The notes under the pieces are model-generated. The model saw only the letters and a program-made list of their open reading frames with translations. It was not told the origin of the DNA and ran no database searches. A stretch of 64,000 nucleotides of DNA from Ignisphaera sp. Lineage in GTDB: Archaea; Thermoproteota; Thermoprotei_A; Sulfolobales; Ignisphaeraceae. Shown here one piece after another: positions 1 through 9,856 of this stretch. Numbering within the stretch: the first letter of the stretch is position 1; every line of letters starts with the position of its first letter. The position numbers and the translations under genes were made by a program. Location: NCBI GenBank assembly GCA_038820005.1, contig JAWAXP010000001.1, forward strand, positions 302,235 through 366,234, written 5' to 3'.

Positions 1-952
1 CTATAATTTCATCGTCTGAATCTGCAAGGTCCACATATAATCCTTCATAGCTTACAACAGTAGATACTTTGTTTGCTGTAGTATCGCCTTCTATAACTCT
101 AACATTATCTACCTTGTATACAGCTGGCATAAACATAGAATCGCTATTGTCTATAACCCTAGCCCTTATTGTTACAATATCTAAAGGTCTAAACTTCTTC
201 TGCTCCCATTCTTCATTAACTTCAAATTCAAGTTTAACGGGATGTAGAGAAAACTGCTTACCTTTGTATAAAGCTCTATTCCATTTATATTTACTATATA
301 AAAGCATAGCTTCTTTAAATGTTAAAGGATGTATTTTAATTATATCGTTTGCCCAATTTTCCAGTACTTCACCGCTAGGTCTTGTAAACTCAGATGAATC
401 ATCGTTGTATAATTTTAGAAGCGCCTCCTTAACCTTGTAAGCATTTTCTTTACCGTATACTATAATGTCTATATCCGAGATCAAAGGATTATGAATTCTA
501 AGTAATATTGAGCCTGTAATCCCAAAGAGATTAACCTCAACACCTGATTCATGAGACAGTTTCTCTACAATCTCCCTAGCCATAGCCTCAAGGGAGTCTA
601 AGGGATTTTCGGTAATCTCTTTCAATCTTTCCTCAGGTCTGTAATGCTTATTAATCATCTCTTTTGGTACCTCAATAAGTTCAACGGATCTATACTCATC
701 GAAAGCTATATAATGTGGGTAATTCTTTTTAAGGAATTCCATTGTGTTCTTAACCCCTATAGCGCTATAGAAAGGGAGTATGCGTCCATACATAACGCCG
801 TTTCTAGACCATTTAGTTCTTATCGATGACTCCATCTTAGGTACATACTTGAGATATGCTATAATTCTATTTCTTGGATGAATATTGCCTATAACGCAGA
901 ATAGAAGTCCTTCTGTAGATTCTATGAAGTCTCTATCTCTAAACTTTCTCAT
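1..952 (-). CDS. Predicted archaeal nucleotidyltransferase (COG1665-like), runs off the window edge
   Basis: Manual translation from ATG at 952: MRKFRDRDFIESTEGLLFCVIGNIHP...GITGSILLRIHNPLISDIDIIVYG, a Pol-beta superfamily GS...DxD motif. Absent from the ORF track, consistent with its stop lying outside the window. Confidence 0.8.
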   Translation of the reverse strand, partial: MRKFRDRDFIESTEGLLFCVIGNIHPRNRIIAYLKYVPKMESSIRTKWSRNGVMYGRILPFYSAIGVKNTMEFLKKNYPHYIAFDEYRSVELIEVPKEMINKHYRPEERLKEITENPLDSLEAMAREIVEKLSHESGVEVNLFGITGSILLRIHNPLISDIDIIVYGKENAYKVKEALLKLYNDDSSEFTRPSGEVLENWANDIIKIHPLTFKEAMLLYSKYKWNRALYKGKQFSLHPVKLEFEVNEEWEQKKFRPLDIVTIRARVIDNSDSMFMPAVYKVDNVRVIEGDTTANKVSTVVSYEGLYVDLADSDDEII

Positions 953-1049
953 AAACTAAGACACCTTCATCTGTCCTTAATACCCATCTTAAAGTTTAAA
1001 ATATTTTTGATCTTTACATTAATTTAAGGGAGCTTATTAACAAGGCGTT

Positions 1050-1958
1050 ATGTTTATGGAGGTAGGTATAATTACCAGAAACCCTAATAGTTGGAGTTCT
1101 TCGCAGTTGATAAAAGCTTTCCAATCCTTAGGATGTAATATAGTTCCATTCAAGTTTAGCGATATTGTATCATTTATAGGTTCGAAAAGAATACAGCTAT
1201 TCGTAAAAGATGTAGAGCTTGTTGATAGATTCTCGGCCATAGTCGTTAGGCCTTTTGGACGTGTTAGTTTAGATCAAGCAATCTTTAGAATAGATCTTCT
1301 CTATGCGCTACAGGATCATGGTGTGCTTGTAATTAATAGTCCATCTGCTATAGAGAAATGTGTGGATAAATTTAGATCTTTGTACATCTTGAAGCTACAT
1401 GGTTTACCAGTACCAGAGACAATTGTTTCCGAGAGACCTTCTCAGGCTTTGAAGTTAATAGATAGATTGAGAATAGAAGATGTCGTTATTAAACCTATGT
1501 TTGGCTCAAGAGGTCACGGGAGCACCCGGGTACGTGTTAGGGACAGGGATATATTGTGGGAGGTAATTAGATCTATGACCTTCGTGCGAAGAACGGTCTA
1601 TGCTCAGAAATTTATTCCACATAAAGGAGTTGATATAAGGGTTTTCGTCCTAGGTGATAGGGTTTTAGCCTCTATGTATAGAATCGCACCGGAAGGTGGT
1701 TGGAAGACTAATGTAGCTAGAGGAGGTAAGCCTATTGCAATAGATAAGCTAGATCCGCTAGTTGAGGATATAGCTATTAAGGCGGCTAAAACCCTTGAAT
1801 GCGATGTAGCTGGAGTAGATATAGCTTCTACAGCACAAGGACTTTACGTTTTTGAGGTTAACAGTCAACCTGGTTGGAGAGGTTTACAGGAAGCCCACCC
1901 GGAAATTAATATAGCTAAAGAAATAGCTAGATATATAATTGATAAAGTTAAGAAGTAG
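1050..1958 (+). CDS. RimK/MptN-family ATP-grasp alpha-L-glutamate ligase
   Basis: VVIKPMFGSRGHG, DIRVFVLG, WKTNVARGG, GVDI, FEVNSQPGW motifs. Confidence 0.85.
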   Translation: MFMEVGIITRNPNSWSSSQLIKAFQSLGCNIVPFKFSDIVSFIGSKRIQLFVKDVELVDRFSAIVVRPFGRVSLDQAIFRIDLLYALQDHGVLVINSPSAIEKCVDKFRSLYILKLHGLPVPETIVSERPSQALKLIDRLRIEDVVIKPMFGSRGHGSTRVRVRDRDILWEVIRSMTFVRRTVYAQKFIPHKGVDIRVFVLGDRVLASMYRIAPEGGWKTNVARGGKPIAIDKLDPLVEDIAIKAAKTLECDVAGVDIASTAQGLYVFEVNSQPGWRGLQEAHPEINIAKEIARYIIDKVKK

Positions 1959-1977
1959 AACCTTATGTTGAAGTACC

Positions 1978-2847
1978 TTGGTCAAGATAAAGATAAGAAT
2001 ACTACGTAAAAAATTTAACTACTGGTATCCAGGAACAGACGTTGTTAAAGAGATTATCGATAATTACGGTAAACACATAGAGAACGGCGATATTATCGTT
2101 ATTGCAGAAAAAGCACTATCAACAGCGTTAGGCAATATATATGATGAAGGTCTTATCCAAGCAGATATGCTTACGAAGATTTTCACCTTCATTATCGTGA
2201 GAATACTGTGGTTAAATCTTTTGAAGTTTGTATTTAGAAACCGTGAGACAATTCAAATTCTTAGTAGTGTACAGCTTAACATTATTTCAGCCCATAAAAA
2301 GCTATCTCTACGATATGGAGGTATAAAACATTTCCTGAAACCGGTTTCTGAAGCAGGTATAGATACAACAAATCTTCCCTACAAGTACGTATCCCTCCCC
2401 CTAAGAGATCCAGCAATATTAAACAGTATTAGGGCGGAAATTTTTCGAAAACTAGGTAAGTATGTTAATATACTTATTATAGATACCGATAAGTCATTCA
2501 AACCTAGGTTCCTAAAAAGGGTAGTTTTTGCCACGAGGCCTTCATTAATCAAAGGTGTTATAGACTTAGGCGCATACATATACTTTACTGGGAGAATCCT
2601 TAGAAAATGTTTCATCCCATACCCAACCCCGGTTGCATACAACGGCGTAAACATCGGCCTTCCTTTAATACTTCGAATAGCTAAGATATGTGAAAAAGGT
2701 ATGGGCAGCGGTCTCGGTCGTAATATTATGGAAATGCTCAAGAAGATTGGGAAGGAAGGTTTGGAGGATATAATGTGGCTCGATATGGCTAAAGTTCATC
2801 ATTATCCAGTTCTATTAGTTAAATTAATAGTTATCAGAGGAAATTAA
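1978..2847 (+). CDS. CofE-like (coenzyme F420:gamma-glutamyl ligase family) protein
   Basis: GDIIVIAEKALS, EAGIDTTNLP and IIDTD motifs. Confidence 0.7.
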   Translation: MVKIKIRILRKKFNYWYPGTDVVKEIIDNYGKHIENGDIIVIAEKALSTALGNIYDEGLIQADMLTKIFTFIIVRILWLNLLKFVFRNRETIQILSSVQLNIISAHKKLSLRYGGIKHFLKPVSEAGIDTTNLPYKYVSLPLRDPAILNSIRAEIFRKLGKYVNILIIDTDKSFKPRFLKRVVFATRPSLIKGVIDLGAYIYFTGRILRKCFIPYPTPVAYNGVNIGLPLILRIAKICEKGMGSGLGRNIMEMLKKIGKEGLEDIMWLDMAKVHHYPVLLVKLIVIRGN

Positions 2848-4002
2848 TGAACTAGATTTAATGTCGTAGGGAAGTGTTTTTATAGCCCCAGGATTTGAGT
2901 TTAGTACTCTTTCTATAGCTTCATTGTAAGTTTTAGCGATACCGTAGGCAAGCCCTTCTAAACAAAGTTTATCGTAATTAATGATGTGCTTCATACTGTT
3001 AACCTTTTTAACTATGTAAGCATATCCAGAAACCTCTTTACCGAGGTATGTATTTTGCGGTTTTTCTCTACCTAAAATAATTCTACCCAAACCTGGGTAT
3101 AGCTCAATTATACCGATGCCTGAAGTTGTAAATCTTGGATTAACTTCAACAACATACATACCGCTATCATTCCAAACGACATCTAACCCTATGTACCCCT
3201 TTAATTCGCTTAAGCACATCATTTTATTAATTACATCTAATGTCCAATAAACATGGCGGGTAGATCTAAGCGGGAGAATATTTCCATAAAATCTTACTTT
3301 ATTATCATCAATAGATATGAGCTGAAGATTTAACGACGTAAGCCTAGGTACTCCATCATGAAATATTGCAGAGATGCTTCCATGAAATCCGGGAATATAC
3401 TCTTGTATAACTGCACGTCTTGTTGGATCACACTTAATAGCCATATCTACATACTTTTTGCACTTATTTAAATCATTGATTATGTATACGCATTCTGAAC
3501 CAGCCATCATAGAAGGTTTTACAACAACTGGAGGGTCTAATTCGCGAATCTTGCACTCGTTGCTATTGCTACAAATTAATGTCCTAGGCACATCTATACC
3601 GCATTTCCTTAAAATGACTAACGAGTCATATTTATTAGATAAACTTTTAACGATGTTAAAAGAAGGACCTAGGAACTTGTTCTTAACAATTTCAGCTATA
3701 GCTACAAGGTGTGTGGGAGGTGCTATGGCTACAACAAAGTCTACTAAATCCTTTAATAATTCTACTTCGTCTAAGTATTTGTCTTCATCAATTACTACAA
3801 TATCAACATTTGCAAATATTTTCTTTATTGTATTCGCTAAATACCTAGAGACTGTTACCATGATATTGGTGCTTGAAGCTCTAAATGTTTTGATTAAAGA
3901 GATAACCATTCCGCAAGCTTCAGCTAAAAGATTATGTTCGCTGATATAAGGGTTAAAAGTAGAAACAAAATATTCCGTGATAAGTATTGAGGGCATACCC
4001 AT
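2824..4002 (-). CDS. ATP-grasp enzyme, MfnD (tyramine-L-glutamate ligase)/COG1821-like
   Basis: N-terminal ILITEY...LLAEACGM, VVVKPS..AGSE, IQEYIPG, GYIGLDVV, VEVNPRFTTS. Confidence 0.7.
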   Translation of the reverse strand: MGMPSILITEYFVSTFNPYISEHNLLAEACGMVISLIKTFRASSTNIMVTVSRYLANTIKKIFANVDIVVIDEDKYLDEVELLKDLVDFVVAIAPPTHLVAIAEIVKNKFLGPSFNIVKSLSNKYDSLVILRKCGIDVPRTLICSNSNECKIRELDPPVVVKPSMMAGSECVYIINDLNKCKKYVDMAIKCDPTRRAVIQEYIPGFHGSISAIFHDGVPRLTSLNLQLISIDDNKVRFYGNILPLRSTRHVYWTLDVINKMMCLSELKGYIGLDVVWNDSGMYVVEVNPRFTTSGIGIIELYPGLGRIILGREKPQNTYLGKEVSGYAYIVKKVNSMKHIINYDKLCLEGLAYGIAKTYNEAIERVLNSNPGAIKTLPYDIKSSSLISSDNY

Positions 4003-4142
4003 AACCGTAGCTATTTTTGATAGTTTTTGTGTAAGTATTGAACTAATGTAAATCTGGCATATCTCTATTTCATTAGAGTACCTTATTTTAACTTAATATA
4101 AATTTATTACGTAGTACCTTTCTACTAGTTCTGGGGTAATCG

Positions 4143-4901
4143 ATGAAGGTTTTACATGAGTTTGTTCCTACGAGAAAGTTTATACAAATGGCTGAAGAGA
4201 CAAAGGATTTGGTTGACGGATGGAATATAACTGATAGTGCGGCGGGAATCCCTGCACCAAGTGGTACAGCTGTTGGTTGTGTTCTAAAGGTTAAATACCC
4301 AGACAAGATAGTCGTACCAATATTTATACTTAATTATAAAGGGCCTGTAGAAGTAGGTGCACTAGCTCTTGCCGCAGATGCCGTAGGTCTTGACGGTCTT
4401 ATATTAACATTCGGTGATGAACCTAAATATGGAGATCCGCTAGCCCCTAAGTATTGGAAAAGATCAGAGGATGCTAGAGACTTTCTAAGAAAAGAAGTTA
4501 AATTAAGACGCGTAAAATTAGGATGTCTTCTATCACCAAAGCCTGTAAGAGATAGATATAAGAAAGAGTTTGGTATTGAGGATATGGTTAATAGGGTTAA
4601 GACAGGTTGGGATTTTGGATTCTTTATGAGGCTTGATGAGCAAACACTACCTGTACTAGAAGCTCTATCCGTCGAGATGAAAAAACTTAACATACCATTG
4701 TATACATACTTCCTTATCAAAACACCTCGTAATGCCGAAATTCTTGCTAGAATAGGTTGGAATCCAACAACATCAATAGAAAATGCTACAACTTTTGCTG
4801 AAAAACTTGTGGGCATAGTGGACGGTTTAATTGCTACATGTGCTGGCGATTACGAAGGAGATAAAGAGCTATTGAAACTGCTTACTAAGTTTAGAACATA
4901 A
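4143..4901 (+). CDS. Short methylenetetrahydrofolate reductase-like (FAD-linked TIM barrel) protein
   Basis: N-terminal EFVP, NITDS and LILTFGDEP motifs resemble MetF. Confidence 0.55.
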   Translation: MKVLHEFVPTRKFIQMAEETKDLVDGWNITDSAAGIPAPSGTAVGCVLKVKYPDKIVVPIFILNYKGPVEVGALALAADAVGLDGLILTFGDEPKYGDPLAPKYWKRSEDARDFLRKEVKLRRVKLGCLLSPKPVRDRYKKEFGIEDMVNRVKTGWDFGFFMRLDEQTLPVLEALSVEMKKLNIPLYTYFLIKTPRNAEILARIGWNPTTSIENATTFAEKLVGIVDGLIATCAGDYEGDKELLKLLTKFRT

Positions 4902-5116
4902 GCATAGAATTTCGAAACCTACTTCTTTTTTATTCAACTGTATAATTATATTGACTATGAGTTTAAAGCGAAAAGACATTCTATGTAGGTTAAAATTATA
5001 AATATCCTAGAGGCATAATCAAGTTATATGATTGCTAAGAATGTAATTTGTTTGACTATTAGTTACCCTATAATGGAGGTAATTTGCAGAATGAATTCAT
5101 TTTACCTCTATATTGA

Positions 5117-5851
5117 TTAAGTTGAAACACCTGTTTTTTGTATGTATGTGTTTATTTCTTCTGTTGTTAGTTTTTTGAATGTTTTTGTTTGTGTGTCTGT
5201 GTATCCTATTTCTGTTTTTTCTGTTGTTATTGGTTCTGCTAGTGCTGCTCTTAGTGCTCTTAGTCCTAGTGTTATTAGTTCTTCTGTTGTTAGTTTTGTG
5301 TTGTAGTGTTTTTCTATGTAGTTTAGTGCTGTTTGTTCTCCTATTCCTGCTACTGTTGCGTAGTATTTGAAGTATAGTCCGCTTGGTTCTGTTTTTATTA
5401 GTTCTATTTGGTTGTTTTTGTTTATTCCTCCTATTATTATTGATACTCCAAATGGTCTTACTCCTCCTTGTTGTGTATATAATTGTTTTATATCGCATAT
5501 TGTTCTCGCTAATAACTCTATATCTATTTGTTCATCAAATGTTAACCTATGCCTAATAGCTATAAGCCTAGCATAATCAATTAAAACCCTACCATCAGGC
5601 CCAAGACCAGAGAAAGTAGCACCAACATGACTATCAACAACAAAAATCTTCTCAAGACTAAAAACATCATGAAGAGGAGCAACCCTCCTCTTCTCAGCAA
5701 TAAGAACAACACCAAAATCAGATTTAATACCAAGAGAAGTCCAACCACGCCTAACAGCTTCAGCAGCATACTCAACCTGATACAACTTACCATCAGGAGA
5801 AAAAATAGTTAAAGCCCTATCATAACCCATAGCAGCAGGCATAAACGACAT
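5117..5851 (-). CDS. psmA: Proteasome alpha subunit
   Basis: GYDRALTIFSPDGKLYQVEYA signature, QQGGVRPFGVS; GAGGTG RBS upstream. Confidence 0.97.
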   Translation of the reverse strand: MSFMPAAMGYDRALTIFSPDGKLYQVEYAAEAVRRGWTSLGIKSDFGVVLIAEKRRVAPLHDVFSLEKIFVVDSHVGATFSGLGPDGRVLIDYARLIAIRHRLTFDEQIDIELLARTICDIKQLYTQQGGVRPFGVSIIIGGINKNNQIELIKTEPSGLYFKYYATVAGIGEQTALNYIEKHYNTKLTTEELITLGLRALRAALAEPITTEKTEIGYTDTQTKTFKKLTTEEINTYIQKTGVST

Positions 5852-6615
5852 AACCTAAACACCTCAAGTTTTTCTATTTAACCTAGCTTTTGTAACACGT
5901 TAAAAAGCTGTAATGTGGTAAAAAAATTTAAATCAGTTGCAAATCATTATCGTGGTTAATGTTTTGATTATGGTTAAACTATTTGAGGGCTCGTAGGTGT
6001 TGGTATGATTATTGTTAATCTTTATATAATCGATGCATATACCTTAGCGCTAACTACTATGATAGTGATTTAGAATTATTGTTTAATTAATCTTAATGTG
6101 ACTATAAAATATTGACTCTGGAGATCACCTGCATTTTAAGTACCGGCGTAAAATTACCTACATTGGTATTATGTAATTAGATAATTATACGTCAGCTTTT
6201 TATGATTTTTGACATCTAGCAACTTAGTGGATTCATTGAAAGTTACCGAGGTTAGCGAGAACTTAACATTTCAAGCTAAACTTTATGAATCCGCAAACTA
6301 CACCTTCATGATCCAAAGATACTATGTTAGTTTAACCCAGGTATTCCAGAGAATGTATTGAAATAATTGATTAGATGGTTTGAAGTTTCTTCAAGCCATA
6401 CAGTAAAATAATAACCGATGTAAGTATGACTCGCGAAAACAAGTCTGCAAAGCTCTATTCGTTTCACTAAGCAAAATTAATGATGGGTTCTTTGTTAAGG
6501 TGAAAATTCGGTTTGTATACTATTTGTAGTTCTGTATCGAGCTTTTATACATACTTTCAAGAAGTCTTATGATAAATTTATATTCTTGTATTTTGTTATC
6601 CGAAGCGGGAGTATC

Positions 6616-7077
6616 ATGTCCACAGTACTTGTAGTCTACTACTCTGTTACAGGCAATACTAAAAAACTTGTTGAAGGTTTTGTTGAAGGTATAAAAAAGA
6701 TTGAAGGAGTGGAGGTTGTTATTAAAAAAGTTGATGAAGCAAAAGTAGAGGATCTGTTAAAGGCAAATGCCATCGTATTTGCAAGCCCTTCTTACTTCAG
6801 GCTACCTGCATGGCCTTTAAAGAAGTTTATCGACGAATCCATAGCTGTCTACGAAATGCTTGAAGGTAAGATAGGAGGAGCACTATGTACAGCAGGATCT
6901 GAAATAGGAGCTATTAAATGCATCCAAGCCTTAAAAGATGTTATTGAAGAACATGGTATGGAGTTCGTAGGAGAAGGTGTATGGTGCATTGAAGCCCCTG
7001 ATGAAAAAGCATTAGAAAAAGCTGCTACCTATGGTGAAGAAATAGCTAATATCGTTGTCAAGAAAACAAAGCAATAA
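6616..7077 (+). CDS. Flavodoxin/WrbA-like protein
   Basis: YYSVTGNTKKL FMN-binding loop, FASPSY; likely start at ATG 6616. Confidence 0.85.
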   Translation: MSTVLVVYYSVTGNTKKLVEGFVEGIKKIEGVEVVIKKVDEAKVEDLLKANAIVFASPSYFRLPAWPLKKFIDESIAVYEMLEGKIGGALCTAGSEIGAIKCIQALKDVIEEHGMEFVGEGVWCIEAPDEKALEKAATYGEEIANIVVKKTKQ

Positions 7078-7526
7078 GGTCGTTCTTAATTATTATAATT
7101 GCATAAATAAATAACGAACTTTTTACTACTTAATTTTTACTACTTAAGATATACAAATACAACTATTTTATAAGAATTCAACTATTTAGAGATATATGTT
7201 CTACTAGCTATTATACCATTCTTTAAAACACTCTTTATACCCTAAGATATCCAGATGTAGGATACTGAAACCCTATAGATATTTAATTCCTCCTTAAATC
7301 TATGACCGTAGTAGCATAGCTATCTAAGAAAATAATCAATACAGTTAGAATTAGGGTCCGAACATAAATTGTGCATAGAAACACAAGTTTAAATATTCTC
7401 TGATAGTTTTTCAATGTAGAATATATCATTGTCTATTACCATCAAAGCCGAAATAGCAATTCATATTTAGTTCATGTATACTGCAATGAATCAATAACAT
7501 AGTTGCTAAAGATATTGAAATAGTAG

Positions 7527-7940
7527 CTATACTTTAAACTTATGGTTGTTATAAGTATTTTGGAACTCTTCAACTAATTTATTTCCTTTACCTAGAAATT
7601 CTGCCCTCCTAAATATATATAAATCGTTATTTACATAAAGTACAAGACCAACAAAAGGATCAAGCTTTTTAAGAACCCATGGATAAAGGTTTATAGGTAC
7701 TACTATATACAGGTAATCAGTAATATCTAATCTCTTTGATATTTGTTTAAGAAGCTTTGATGTAGGTCTCGATTTTACCTCATAAACATACGCTAAAGGT
7801 CTATCTTCCTGAGGTTCAAGAACAAGTACATCTATCTCTAACCCATTCAGCCGGACATGACTATGAACTTCAAAACCTATACTGCTAAGTTTATCAACAA
7901 GTTTTTGAACTATTACATCCTCGTTTATTCTACTCCTCAC
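7527..7940 (-). CDS. Small PD-(D/E)XK nuclease-fold protein
   Basis: E...EIDVLVL...YVYEVK motif spacing. Confidence 0.55.
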   Translation of the reverse strand: MRSRINEDVIVQKLVDKLSSIGFEVHSHVRLNGLEIDVLVLEPQEDRPLAYVYEVKSRPTSKLLKQISKRLDITDYLYIVVPINLYPWVLKKLDPFVGLVLYVNNDLYIFRRAEFLGKGNKLVEEFQNTYNNHKFKV

Positions 7941-8169
7941 CGTAAAGCCTATGTAGGTAATAGAACAACTAGAATATATAACACGGAGTTAGCTCAAGAT
8001 AGAACCTAATCAAAGATTAAAGTACAAATTTAAAAGTATGCTTATAGTAATACCTACAACTAACAATAGCATTAAATGAAATACGGTATTATCATTCTTT
8101 TCCACGTATTTCACATACCAAAAGCCTAATATACTATCTATAGTGTTAGAAAAGCTTGGGGCCAGTCTG

Positions 8170-8304
8170 CTAGTATAATATTAGTGAGTAAATAAGTATC
8201 ATAACCAATAACAAGCCGATCACCCTCAAGGGTGATAAAGCCCTTGGGGGATGGTTGGTTTGTTATTGGTTATGATACTTATTTACTCACTAATATTATA
8301 CTAG
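8170..8304. repeat. Perfect 45-bp inverted repeat (8170-8214 / 8260-8304) closing a GC-rich core
   Basis: ctagtataatattagtgagtaaataagtatcataaccaataacaa and its exact reverse complement. Confidence 0.95.
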
Positions 8305-8523
8305 TGGGGCTAAGCCTATGTTTTCTGCCTTATTATTCTTAACAATTCTCTAAATAAGTGACCTTTGTGTAATCCGAGGATATGTATAGTATTTGTCAAG
8401 TAAAATATAAAACAGTATAGAAAGCAAATTGTAATTAAGCAAATATCATATGTTGTGCTAGATGTTTAAAATTTTCTTGAATACTTGTATTATTGATTAT
8501 ATACTTTTATGGTATTGGGATTT

Positions 8524-8573
8524 TCAGCCTGGTCTAGGTACATCACTGCTCAGCCCGGATACCTTTTCATCAA
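8524..8573 (-). ncRNA. C/D-box guide sRNA
   Basis: Minus strand TTGATGA-aaaggtatccggg-CTGA-gca-GTGATGT-acctagaccagg-CTGA; TATA-like ttataaa about 30 nt upstream. Confidence 0.85.
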
Positions 8574-8865
8574 TTAAATATATCTAGGGTGGATTAATGT
8601 TTATAAGTATATGAATTTTCACGTGCATTTTAAATAAATTACGGACATACGATTCAAATATTGGGGTACTTTTACTGGGTTGATAATTTAAGTGAGGTAA
8701 ATTTATGTCTTGAATTGATAATAATATGTATTTTGGTGCAAATGGTTATCTAGGAGAATATGTTTTCCCAATTTATGTTTTCGATTCCATCTAATATGTA
8801 TAATAATTAACAGGAACCTATAAATTTTCGGTATTAACGGTTAGAAGGTTAGAAGATTGTGTGTA

Positions 8866-8915
8866 GTGATGAAATGTCGCCTACGCTGAGAGTTGATGAA
8901 ATGAACCTCCTCTGA
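8866..8915 (+). ncRNA. C/D-box guide sRNA
   Basis: GTGATGA-aatgtcgcctacg-CTGA-gag-TTGATGA-aatgaacctcct-CTGA; canonical C, D', C', D spacing. Confidence 0.9.
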
Positions 8916-9856
8916 TAATTTTTAGATTATTATTTTAAAGCAGAACTATTCGTTAATGGAAGATAATTTAAGACATTATGAATAAACATAATGTGCTGAG
9001 AAATTTATATTCCAAAGGTCATGTACGTCAAATTTGTTGATTCAATTAACAATTATAGCTTTTGTAGCTTAAGAAGATTAGAACTTTAATTGAATTATAC
9101 CATAAATCTATGAGTAACACTTCATTGATATGCTGAATAATGAGATATCGATTTTATCAAGGGGATTTTAAACTTGGATTCGCGAGATCTCTTAATGAAA
9201 TGTTGTAATATAATTGATTGAATTATAATTTCAGCAATATGATTAATTTACAATGCTTTAAAAGAGATTTAAATGTTGTTGTAGGGGTTGATTATTATTA
9301 AACATACTTAGCTAATTTCGAATACGATTTTAAGCATAGATCAATTATTTTGATATCTATTTTATGATTTCATAATGCTAGAATTGATAAATAATAACAT
9401 TTGATCTTTGAAGTACTAGCATTATGTATAGTTATGCTACGGTGTGAAAATTTTATAATTTTAAGGTCAATACGTATTGCTCTACTTACCGATAATATGT
9501 TTCAGTAAATATTGAAAAATGAATTATGTTAATAATTGAGGTGATTAACAGTATTATTAGATGTAATAGTTCTTCAACTCAAGGTGAGGTCTCTTATGTT
9601 AGTAAAATCAATTAAAGTTCCTTGGATAAGTTTATGGGGATTCGTATTTAAGAGATTAAGGTAATGTGTTATCTAAAAGTCGATTAATTAAATTTTATTA
9701 TCTTGATTTAATGCAATTAACTCAATGCTAATTTAAGTTTAATTGTTTTGAGGAAGTTGTGGTTAGAGGTTAATACATAGATAATTTGTTTTGTATTGAA
9801 AATAATTTATATATTTATTCTTTCCTGTTTCTACTTAATGTATCGGGGGTTTAGTT

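Noticed and set aside
69-829. Plus-strand ORFs 69-440 and 644-829
   Set aside because: Antisense shadows of the minus-strand nucleotidyltransferase CDS
5097-5812. Low-complexity ORFs (N/R/T/K-rich and L/V-rich) overlapping psmA
   Set aside because: By-products of the compositional skew, which removes stop codons from alternative frames
5870-6580. Possible decayed CDS or ORB-like ttccagag near 6344
   Set aside because: No recognisable protein motifs in the frames I translated; single weak match, no repeated ORB boxes and no cdc6 nearby
8920-9850. AT-rich ORF-free tract considered as replication origin or CRISPR leader/array
   Set aside because: No direct repeats with spacers and no ORB repeats visible
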